Positions 38,699 to 47,719 of a DNA stretch of 64,000 nt are shown here, one piece after another. The translations under genes and the position numbers were made by a program. The notes beneath the pieces were generated by a model. That model was not told the DNA's origin, did no database searches, and saw nothing but the letters and a program-made list of their open reading frames with translations. Each line of letters begins with the position of its first letter. The stretch's first letter is position 1. This DNA comes from a virus, in the IMG/VR virus record IMGVR_UViG_3300037606_000137, positions 1-64,000 of that record; one strand, given 5' to 3'.

Positions 38699-39964
38699 TT
38701 AATCTTTAATAATAACTAAATATTTAATTGTACATTGTTTTGCTTGATATACCATAAATTCATCATTTCTTAAATCTGCACCACCATGAGCATAAACTGA
38801 ATCAAAACCGTCTTTATTAATAATATCATGTGACAATTTATAACATGATGAATCATGTTTATAAATATGTTTTTGTTCACCAACATGTACATCGTATAAC
38901 GCCAATATAGCTTCATCTGAATTTCCTTTTGCCCAGTATGAACCTCTACGTGATGTGTAACCTATTGATTTTTGACATTTTGATGCAAAATATATGGAAT
39001 TTCCAAACATTGACCCTGTATGAACAGCATTTGATGGTCGAATAATAAGACCAGATGTCATAATAGACCACCAATTTTCATTACGAGAACCATGCCAGAA
39101 CAATTCAGTGATTTTATTTTTAACGTTTGTTAAATGATTACCAAACAAAGATTGTGTTTTAATATTAATAACTTCATAGGCTTCTTTAAATTGATTTGAA
39201 TTAGAACCCATAAGTTTTTTAATTTGATCAATAATTGTTTTATCAGTAACTTCAACAATTTCTAAACCTGATGCTTTAATCATATCTGTTTGAACATCTT
39301 CGACACCATCATTATTTATATCTAAATTTGGTGTATTTAATTTAACCTGTCCGACCATTACATCTAATGTTGCTTGTTCGTCGATAATTATTTTATTTTT
39401 TGTATCGGTTAAATTATCATCTTCATTTATTAAATGTAATTTAACGTTTTTCATTTTTCTAGGAACAATCCCATAAAATTCTAATAATAAACTATTAAAT
39501 GTTTTAATATTTGTTTTACTTAAATCAAAATTAACAATACTATCTAATACTTCTTGTGCACGAACAACTTGTTTTTCAGTTACATTTTCAGCTGATACTG
39601 TATAGTTTTTTTCAACTGATCCTGTTGCCCATGCTTGTAATTTTTTTACTAAAGATACAACAGAACTAGAACGTGTAGAAATAAAATCTTTTATTTTTGT
39701 TCCTGTATCTTTTGTATCTACATTTTCAACAATAAATAAATCAGTATTATCTTTATAACCTTTTTTAGTTTTACTTTTATATGTTGCATCCCATTTACTC
39801 ATAGGATATGTTTGTGTCTGTGGATTTGCTCCCACTCTACCAAATTCCACTTTAAATGTATTATCTGTATTTTCAGTCATGTGATAAAACTTATTTGAAT
39901 TAACAAGACCAGATATTAATATTAATTTAACTATTTTACCCATTATTTTACTTTTTATTTTCAA
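38699..39964 (-). CDS. PARP: WGR, regulatory and catalytic domains
   Basis: NSNKFY...FGRVG (WGR); WHGSR, GSMFG..IYFA, KS.GY, NDEFMVY (H-Y-E triad). Confidence 0.92.
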   Translation of the reverse strand: MKIKSKIMGKIVKLILISGLVNSNKFYHMTENTDNTFKVEFGRVGANPQTQTYPMSKWDATYKSKTKKGYKDNTDLFIVENVDTKDTGTKIKDFISTRSSSVVSLVKKLQAWATGSVEKNYTVSAENVTEKQVVRAQEVLDSIVNFDLSKTNIKTFNSLLLEFYGIVPRKMKNVKLHLINEDDNLTDTKNKIIIDEQATLDVMVGQVKLNTPNLDINNDGVEDVQTDMIKASGLEIVEVTDKTIIDQIKKLMGSNSNQFKEAYEVINIKTQSLFGNHLTNVKNKITELFWHGSRNENWWSIMTSGLIIRPSNAVHTGSMFGNSIYFASKCQKSIGYTSRRGSYWAKGNSDEAILALYDVHVGEQKHIYKHDSSCYKLSHDIINKDGFDSVYAHGGADLRNDEFMVYQAKQCTIKYLVIIKD

Positions 39965-40102
39965 TTACAAATATAAATATTTTTATTTACAAATAAAAAT
40001 ATTTTTTATATATTTTAAATATTTTTATTTATATATCACATGTGTACAAAAAAGATACTAACAATTTTAAACTAAAATTACAACAACACATATAAGGAAA
40101 TT

Positions 40103-40585
40103 TTAAAATAAACTATCAAAAGATTTTAAACTTCCGTTTAAATATTTATCAATATATGTAATATCTAAGTTCCATTTAAATTTTGATCTTTCTTCAAATT
40201 TTTTAAATGCTTCATTTAAGACATTATTAGCTTCAGTCCTTGATATACTATTGACTTTCATTAATTGATTCATTACGATATGTGATTTACCGTTTAAACC
40301 GGCTAAACCTGGATGTTTAACTATATGACAATTTGGACAAAGACTTATTAAATTTATTAATGTTTGATTTTTATTAATATCATCATATTCCCAGATTTCA
40401 TGGCATTCTACATTATGTCTATATCCTTGATTTTTTCCTGTATCATTACAAATTTCACATTTATTATTTGCATGTGAATAAGATTTTAATCTGATTTTAT
40501 CCCAAATAGATCTTGAAACATTAGAACGAACATTACTATACCAACATGTTTCTGGTACTAATTCTATTGTAAGTTTTAAATTCAT
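40103..40585 (-). CDS. HNH endonuclease
   Basis: CEIC...ECHE.W...LCPNCH..KH. Confidence 0.8.
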   Translation of the reverse strand: MNLKLTIELVPETCWYSNVRSNVSRSIWDKIRLKSYSHANNKCEICNDTGKNQGYRHNVECHEIWEYDDINKNQTLINLISLCPNCHIVKHPGLAGLNGKSHIVMNQLMKVNSISRTEANNVLNEAFKKFEERSKFKWNLDITYIDKYLNGSLKSFDSLF

Positions 40586-40645
40586 TTTTTATATTATATT
40601 AAACAAATATAAAAATTAATAATAAAATATAAAAATTCATTAATT

Positions 40646-40894
40646 ATGACAAAAATAAAATTAACACAAGAAGAATTTAATATACTAGATCAAATTACAA
40701 TTTTTGATTTAGGTGTTATTACGAATAACAATATAAATAAAAATATATTACTATTAAATGATATACAATTTGAACATATATACGATATATTATTACCAAT
40801 GTGTGAAAATATTGATATATGGAATATTGTAAATAAAATATTAAAATGTGATACACGAGGTATTATTAAACCATTTACATTAAATGCAATATAA
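40646..40894 (+). CDS. hypothetical protein
   Basis: 82-aa ORF. Confidence 0.5.
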   Translation: MTKIKLTQEEFNILDQITIFDLGVITNNNINKNILLLNDIQFEHIYDILLPMCENIDIWNIVNKILKCDTRGIIKPFTLNAI

Positions 40895-40899
40895 TTAAT

Positions 40900-41664
40900 A
40901 TGAGTGATATTCAAAAATATAAATTTACATTAAATAAAGATTATTTAAAAGAAATTATAGATGCATTAAAAGATTTAAATAAAATTGATGCAATGATTAA
41001 AATAAAAATTGATACTGATGATGTTTTATTTTATTCAAAGGCCGGATTACATAATAATATCCATGCGTTAAAATCTTTTATATTTCCAATTGAAAATTTT
41101 ATAATTAATAAAGATAAAGAATATTTAACAAAAGATTTTATAATTTTAAATGCAAAAGTCTTTTTAGAAAATTTAACGATTATGTTGAATAGAGATCAAG
41201 CTATTACTGGTTTATTTCAATATAAAGATAAAGATAAAATTATATCAACTTTAAATTTATCTGATGGTGCATTAAAATTTAATTTTATTACTGGTGATTA
41301 TAAGCAAATTAAAGATATATCTAAATTAGATATAGAACAAAAAATGAATCCTTCATTAGCTAATTTTACTTTTAATTTAACTAAAGACCAATTTAATGAA
41401 ATAAAAAAATTAACAACTTTAAATAAATCAGAAGTTGCATCAATTAGGGTTAAATCTGGAAAATTAGAGTTTTTTGATAAACGTTGGTCATATCATGTGG
41501 CTGATTTACCTAATGTTGATGATGAAGAATGGGGATTCAATAATAAATATTTAAAATCAATTAACGTAGTTGATAATATTGATATACATATGTTTGATCA
41601 ATTTTTATTAGTTAAAGAAGATAACATTGCATTAATGATTGGTTTAGAACTTAGCGCATTATAA
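40900..41664 (+). CDS. putative DNA sliding clamp (gp45/PCNA-like)
   Basis: ~250 aa with two-fold clamp-like pattern (F.L.K..L..I; F.L..DQF.EI). Confidence 0.5.
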   Translation: MSDIQKYKFTLNKDYLKEIIDALKDLNKIDAMIKIKIDTDDVLFYSKAGLHNNIHALKSFIFPIENFIINKDKEYLTKDFIILNAKVFLENLTIMLNRDQAITGLFQYKDKDKIISTLNLSDGALKFNFITGDYKQIKDISKLDIEQKMNPSLANFTFNLTKDQFNEIKKLTTLNKSEVASIRVKSGKLEFFDKRWSYHVADLPNVDDEEWGFNNKYLKSINVVDNIDIHMFDQFLLVKEDNIALMIGLELSAL

Positions 41665-42285
41665 AAATTCATTACCACCGATAGAATTAAAATTGTTAAT
41701 ATTTTCAGCAATTTTAATTCTATCATCAACAATAGGTTTAATAAAATTATCAACAACTGTACTATTAATTCTATGTCCAAAATTTGCTGTAATTACATTA
41801 TCTGATGTATAAATTCTTTTACATAGAGTTGTAATATTAGTAACAACTGTATCATTACTACCAATTATTACATAAGTTGATTTTTTATCTTCCCATGATA
41901 ATTTATCAAATTGATTTAATTGTAATTGTTTTAAATCTGTATAATTTTTTTCAGTAAATGTGAATGATTGAATGTTATCTATTCTTTTATTAAAAAAACT
42001 ATACTCACCTGTACTAACAATATCTATAATATTAAATGCTGGATTAATTAATATTTTTAATGGACCTCTTAATAAATTGGCATAAAACGCACCCATAGAC
42101 GAAGCAATAATAATTTCAGGTAATTCTTTATTAATAATATTTTGTAAGTATTTTAATGCAACTAATGGATCAACCGGTACATCAGGACATAGTATTTTAT
42201 AGTCTTTAAATGTATTCTTTAACATTTTTGATGTATTAGAATCACCAGAAGATAACCATCCATGTATGTATAATATTTTATTCAT
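41659..42285 (-). CDS. YqiA/YcfP-like alpha/beta hydrolase
   Basis: ILYIHGW.SS, SSMGAFYA, LINPA, DTVV, GH. Confidence 0.85.
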   Translation of the reverse strand: MNKILYIHGWLSSGDSNTSKMLKNTFKDYKILCPDVPVDPLVALKYLQNIINKELPEIIIASSMGAFYANLLRGPLKILINPAFNIIDIVSTGEYSFFNKRIDNIQSFTFTEKNYTDLKQLQLNQFDKLSWEDKKSTYVIIGSNDTVVTNITTLCKRIYTSDNVITANFGHRINSTVVDNFIKPIVDDRIKIAENINNFNSIGGNEFL

Positions 42286-42308
42286 AGTACAAATATATGA
42301 TTTATTTT

Positions 42309-42830
42309 TTAAATATTACCTATAATCATTTTTTCTTTTAAAACACCAGCAATTAATCTTGTATAATGATAACCATCATCATTTAAAGAAATAATTTCTT
42401 TATTTAATAATTCTTTAGCTTTTATATTCGGTATAGGAATTCCACCAAATTTTAACATTTTATTTTCTAACGCACCACTAACTTCAGTCCACATTTTTCT
42501 GTCTACTAATTTAATATCATCTTGTAAAACTTTAAATAACATTTGTTTTCCAATATCAGAACCATCACTACCTCCACCAATTAATTTTCTACCTTTATCG
42601 TTTTTATAAATAATTGCAGTAACTATTCTATTCTCTTTTCTAACTAATTTCCATAACCATGATTTATTAATCAAATCTTCAACAGAATCAGCAGATAAAA
42701 AACCACCAATTGATTTATAACTTGTTTGTAATATATCCCAAACTTCATCTTTATATTTATACATATCATCATTAAATAAATTAATAAAACTTTCATTCAT
42801 TAATCTGTATTTATCAATTACTGTTATCAT
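42309..42830 (-). CDS. MIT-tag hypothetical protein
   Basis: MITVIDKYRLMNES; VWDILQ.SY..IGG. Confidence 0.65.
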   Translation of the reverse strand: MITVIDKYRLMNESFINLFNDDMYKYKDEVWDILQTSYKSIGGFLSADSVEDLINKSWLWKLVRKENRIVTAIIYKNDKGRKLIGGGSDGSDIGKQMLFKVLQDDIKLVDRKMWTEVSGALENKMLKFGGIPIPNIKAKELLNKEIISLNDDGYHYTRLIAGVLKEKMIIGNI

Positions 42831-42910
42831 ATAGTATATATATAATTATTTTAAACTATATGATAAATAATCTGTATAATACATAAATAAACAAATAAAT
42901 AAATAACAAT

Positions 42911-43186
42911 ATGAGAAAGTCAATATCACCATCAACAGCAACAATGCCTGTATCTGTAAAAGTTAAAGGTAAAACAATCAAACCAATGTATGTAACATCT
43001 GAAATTACAAATCGTACAAACAAAAATTTGTGGGTAACATTTGTAGCAGGATCTCCATCAAACGGATTAGTGTACTCAATGTCATTAACACGAGATGAAG
43101 CAAAATCAGCAGCATATAAAATGTTTGGAACATCTATTTCAAATATTCGTTCTCAACGAGTAGGAACATATAGAAAAAGTGTATAA
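42911..43186 (+). CDS. small basic protein
   Basis: Paralogous to the C-domain of 35707-36258. Confidence 0.65.
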   Translation: MRKSISPSTATMPVSVKVKGKTIKPMYVTSEITNRTNKNLWVTFVAGSPSNGLVYSMSLTRDEAKSAAYKMFGTSISNIRSQRVGTYRKSV

Positions 43187-43201
43187 AATTATCAACATAA
43201 T

Positions 43202-43236
43202 AAAAAAACCTTCAAATTAATTTGAAGGTTTTTTTT
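43202..43236. terminator. bidirectional intrinsic terminator
   Basis: aaaaaaaccttcaaa-ttaa-tttgaaggtttttttt. Confidence 0.85.
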
Positions 43237-43238
43237 AT

Positions 43239-43646
43239 TTAAAATAATTCATTTTTAATAAAATTAAATGTTTGTCTCATTGATGGATATTGTTCTTTGG
43301 GATATGTACTAGAGAATTCCATGAATTTTTTTTCTAATTCAATCCAATTTTCAGTATTATTATCTTGTATATCATCAGATTGAACATAATCATAATCATA
43401 ATCTTCATTTTGAATAGTAGTATAATCACCCTTTTCATTAAAGTTATCCATCCATAATACTATAATTCTTGATGCTTCATCTTTTTTTAAATCTGGAAAA
43501 TGTTTTAATACATATGGTAACGATTGATACATATTTGTTCGGCCATAATTTCTCAAACTATTTAAATATGACATAACCTCTTGTTCATCATCAGTTGCTT
43601 GTCTTGATTCATTTATTTTCTTAAATTCATTTATATTTGTTATCAT
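43239..43646 (-). CDS. MIT-tag protein
   Basis: MITNINEFKKINES; YL..LR..G.TNM. Confidence 0.65.
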   Translation of the reverse strand: MITNINEFKKINESRQATDDEQEVMSYLNSLRNYGRTNMYQSLPYVLKHFPDLKKDEASRIIVLWMDNFNEKGDYTTIQNEDYDYDYVQSDDIQDNNTENWIELEKKFMEFSSTYPKEQYPSMRQTFNFIKNELF

Positions 43647-43649
43647 AAT

Positions 43650-44654
43650 TTAATTAGTCATTTTATATTTTATTATTTCTTCTTTCATTTTATCGAATGT
43701 ATTTTGATAAATTTCATATTCTGAATTACCTTCACACATAGCAACAATATATGGTTTAACTACCTTTTCTAATTCAACCCAATCTATATCATGATATAAA
43801 TCTTCACCTACATCATTCATAGATTCGTTAGATCTTGATAATTCTTGTGCTCGTCTAAAAAATATTTCTACATTATTTAAATAATATATTTCCATATTAT
43901 TATCTATAATATAATTCAATAAAGCAACACCTCTTTTAACAGCTTTATTTTTATCTTTAATACTATTAGCCATATTTCTAGACATTGTTGCAACATCCTT
44001 TTTAACTAATGAAATAATGCGTTCAACATCTTTAGCATCTGGTTTTACGTTATCTAAATCTAAATCTTTATATTTAAATTTTAAATCTGTTACTCTATCA
44101 TCAAATTGTTTTTTTATAGCTGCATTTTTTGTATCTTTTTCTATTTGTATTCTATTATTTTCAGCGTCAATTTTTACTTGTTTTTTAGCTTGTAATTCTT
44201 CTGGTGTATCTACTTTATAAGGAACTCCAATTTTATTCATCCATGCTTTCCATAATGAATAATAAGATATATCAAAATAATTTCTACCAATTCCACTACC
44301 TATAATATCAAGTAAGTATTCTTTTTCTTTCATTACTTCATTTGCCATTGCAAACATTGCACCACCTCTAGCACCTTCACCAATTGATGATTGCCATAAT
44401 CTAGTACCGCGTTGACCACCATATTTGTCTTGCATGACACTTTCAGCTTCATCTTGAATATAAACCAAACCTTCAACTCCACCACGACCAGCAAAACTAC
44501 TAGTTCCTGGGTCTGTTGGTGGTTTTTTCATTCTATTTGGTCTAGTTTCATCTATATCATCTAATGCTACAACCATACCATCAGGTAAAGTATTAGATTC
44601 ATTAATTTTTGATTCATTTATAGATTTTTTAAATATGTTAATATTAGTTATCAT
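43650..44654 (-). CDS. MIT-tag protein
   Basis: MITNINIFKKSINESKINES. Confidence 0.65.
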   Translation of the reverse strand: MITNINIFKKSINESKINESNTLPDGMVVALDDIDETRPNRMKKPPTDPGTSSFAGRGGVEGLVYIQDEAESVMQDKYGGQRGTRLWQSSIGEGARGGAMFAMANEVMKEKEYLLDIIGSGIGRNYFDISYYSLWKAWMNKIGVPYKVDTPEELQAKKQVKIDAENNRIQIEKDTKNAAIKKQFDDRVTDLKFKYKDLDLDNVKPDAKDVERIISLVKKDVATMSRNMANSIKDKNKAVKRGVALLNYIIDNNMEIYYLNNVEIFFRRAQELSRSNESMNDVGEDLYHDIDWVELEKVVKPYIVAMCEGNSEYEIYQNTFDKMKEEIIKYKMTN

Positions 44655-44777
44655 TAATTATCATAATTATTTTTATTTAATTTATTATCTATTTTATGTA
44701 AAATAACAAATATAACGAGTATTACAATTATTATAAACATAAAATAGATTTTATTATTATATATAAAAAAAGCCGAA

Positions 44778-46685
44778 TTAATATCCAGCTTTTTTTAATG
44801 ATAAATTTAATTCATCAAGTTCAGTATTCCAAATTTCTTCGGGTGTTTTTAATTTATATAATTTTATTTCTAATTTCATATCTTTTGCTTGTTTTCTATA
44901 TTCATCATATTTTTCTTTTGATAAATGATATACTGGAATATTTAATAAATAATCATAATTATCATTATATTTATCAAATTCCATATCTTCTAAATTTTTA
45001 ATAATATCAGATTTAGATTTATTATTTATTAAAACAGCTCCATCAATTACGGCTTTAATAAAACATACAAGATTAAAATATCTAATGTATTGTTTTTCTA
45101 AAATTTTAATATATGATTCTTTACGTTTTATATAATATTGCAATCTTAAATCAAACCAAGTATTTAATAATTCTTCAGCAGTATTCCATTTAACAATTTT
45201 ATTATCTAAAAATGTATTCATATTATTAATAGATATATTTGCAGTTAATTTTAATAATGATTCTAAGTTATTAATTTTTGTTCCAGCATTTAATGTAATT
45301 GTTATATGTACTAATTCATCTGTAGAATTATCTAAATATGTTTTAATAATTTTATCATCACATAATTTATCTAAAATTGAAATATATTTATCTGTTGATA
45401 CATCTACCGGTAATTCTGTTATTAAAACTTGTAATTTATTTTTAGATAAAGTAAAAATACCTTTTGAAATATATGTATTTCTTTCTGCGTCCCAATCTAA
45501 ATCACCATTCCATTTATTATATGATGGATTAATTGCATATTTAATATCAGGTCGTGTTAATTTTTTTTGTATAACTTGAATCAATGCCATTGGATCATAT
45601 TTAGGTACGTCTGTAGACCAACCTGTACCAATTCCAGATGTACCATTTACTAAAAGTGTAGGTATAATAGGTAAAAAATATTCAGGTTCTATACGATCAA
45701 CATCTTCATATAAATAATTTAAAATTTGTTCATCTTCTTTTCTAAAAATTAAACTGGTAATTGGATTTAAATATGTGTAAATATATCTAGGACTTGCTGC
45801 AGATTTTGGATCACGTCTTGATCCAAAATTACCTTTTGGTATAAACATCGAAATATTGTTACTGAATACAAAATCCTGTGCCATATTAATAATAGTTCCA
45901 TACATGTTAGATTCGCCATGAGCATAATGTGTTTGTTCTGCAACATAAGCACCAAATTGTGCAACTTTAGTTTCTGCTTTTAAATTACGTTTAAAAGCAC
46001 CAAACATGATTTTTCTTTGAGACGGTTTGAACCCGTCAATTAAATGTGGTATAGATATAATATTATCATAATTACTAAATTGAATAAATTCAGTATCAAT
46101 AAAATCATTTATATTGTTTGGTTTTCCAAATTTATCTGGTAAAATTTCACCTTTATAATTTGTCATCCATTCTTTACGTTCATTAGCTCTTGTTTTATTA
46201 AAAACCAAATCAATTTTATCACTATCACGTTTATCGATAAATTTAAATTTAATTAAATGTTTATCAATATTTTTAAACATTTCTTTAATTTCAGGTGCTG
46301 TAATTGTACCTAAACCTTTATAATATTTTATAGTAAACCCATTTAATTTATCATTAACTTTATCTCTTTTATATTTATCAATATCGTAATACTCTTTAAT
46401 AACTTTACCTTTTGTAGCTTTTACAATAGGTGTTATAAATTCATAACAAAAACCTAATTCTAACAATTCAGGCCACATTTTATGTATAAAATTAATTAAT
46501 AAACCTTTAATTGAAATACCAAAACAATTATGTGTTAACATATATCCAAGTTCATGTTTAATATGAAATGTGTGATCATTTTCAATAGTTAAATCTATGC
46601 ATTTTGTTTCTTTGTTTATGTGTGAAATACTGTCTATTTTATGTATTTCATATTGACTCAAATCTATATTTATTTTTTCTATCAT
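44778..46685 (-). CDS. C-intein (53 aa) plus type IIA topoisomerase C-part (end of TOPRIM and GyrA-like region)
   Basis: MLTHN/CFG junction at 46527/46526; YYKGLGT, DGFKPSQRK, YAHGE, ASPRYI, NGTSGIGTG. Confidence 0.92.
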   Translation of the reverse strand: MIEKINIDLSQYEIHKIDSISHINKETKCIDLTIENDHTFHIKHELGYMLTHNCFGISIKGLLINFIHKMWPELLELGFCYEFITPIVKATKGKVIKEYYDIDKYKRDKVNDKLNGFTIKYYKGLGTITAPEIKEMFKNIDKHLIKFKFIDKRDSDKIDLVFNKTRANERKEWMTNYKGEILPDKFGKPNNINDFIDTEFIQFSNYDNIISIPHLIDGFKPSQRKIMFGAFKRNLKAETKVAQFGAYVAEQTHYAHGESNMYGTIINMAQDFVFSNNISMFIPKGNFGSRRDPKSAASPRYIYTYLNPITSLIFRKEDEQILNYLYEDVDRIEPEYFLPIIPTLLVNGTSGIGTGWSTDVPKYDPMALIQVIQKKLTRPDIKYAINPSYNKWNGDLDWDAERNTYISKGIFTLSKNKLQVLITELPVDVSTDKYISILDKLCDDKIIKTYLDNSTDELVHITITLNAGTKINNLESLLKLTANISINNMNTFLDNKIVKWNTAEELLNTWFDLRLQYYIKRKESYIKILEKQYIRYFNLVCFIKAVIDGAVLINNKSKSDIIKNLEDMEFDKYNDNYDYLLNIPVYHLSKEKYDEYRKQAKDMKLEIKLYKLKTPEEIWNTELDELNLSLKKAGY

Positions 46686-47719
46686 AAGTATATTATGTTT
46701 TTAATTATTTTTAATTGTTTTATTATGTCTATTAATATTTTTTCTTCTGGTACATTGTTTTCCCATAAAATAATAAGTGGTCCATTTGTTGATTCTATAA
46801 TTTGTTTATTTCTAATTTCATCATCTTTCCAAATTTCGTATGCATATTTCTTTTTTAATTTATGATAATAGTCTTTTTTGTAATTTCTTGGGTCACAGTG
46901 CCAAAATTGCCCAAAAAATTCTAAACATATATTATAATCTACTAAATAAAAATCTACAATTTTTGGTCTTATTTTGTTTAAAATATGAATTGGATATTCT
47001 TCGATATATTTAATATTGTATAATTCTAATGTTTGTTTAATTTTTTGTGATACTTTACTTATTTTTGTTCCAGTTGTAACTTTTATTAATTTTGCTAAAT
47101 ATGATTCATATTTAGTTTTACCTATATCATATCCAAATTTATTTATATACCAATCTAAAGTATTAGATTTTCCTATTTTATCACATCTCTCTTTATATTT
47201 TATTGGTCCGTCAATTTCACCATATCTTATAATATAACCAGCTAAATTTGTACGCTGTGATATTGGTACATTATCACCAGATTTATTTCTGTTTGGTAAT
47301 ACTATATATTGTGCATCTTCTAATGTTATTTTTTTTATTATTGATAAATATTTTGGATTAGAACCAATGTGTTCATATGTTTTTTTATCATATGATGTAC
47401 CCAATATTTTTAAACTTAAATCATTTTTACATTCAATACTATTACAAAAAAAACCACATTTATAGTATCTAGTAAATGTATAATTTTCATTATCTAATCT
47501 ATAAATAAAAAAAGAGTTTTTATTACAATTTCCACATTTTTCTATAGGTTTATCCTCAACATAATATCTTTTAATGTAATCATCAAATATTATATTATGT
47601 TTTCTTTTAACATGACTAATTAAACCACTATTATTATTTACTATTTTATTACATATTTTACAAGTCATACACATACCAAATTGTTTATATTTATATATTA
47701 ATTTTGGTATGTGTATCAA
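46682..47719 (-). CDS. free-standing Vsr/DUF559-like homing endonuclease
   Basis: C2H2-like finger; VDFY...LEFFGQFWH; overlaps both topoisomerase halves by 4 nt. Confidence 0.8.
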   Translation of the reverse strand: MIHIPKLIYKYKQFGMCMTCKICNKIVNNNSGLISHVKRKHNIIFDDYIKRYYVEDKPIEKCGNCNKNSFFIYRLDNENYTFTRYYKCGFFCNSIECKNDLSLKILGTSYDKKTYEHIGSNPKYLSIIKKITLEDAQYIVLPNRNKSGDNVPISQRTNLAGYIIRYGEIDGPIKYKERCDKIGKSNTLDWYINKFGYDIGKTKYESYLAKLIKVTTGTKISKVSQKIKQTLELYNIKYIEEYPIHILNKIRPKIVDFYLVDYNICLEFFGQFWHCDPRNYKKDYYHKLKKKYAYEIWKDDEIRNKQIIESTNGPLIILWENNVPEEKILIDIIKQLKIIKNIIYL

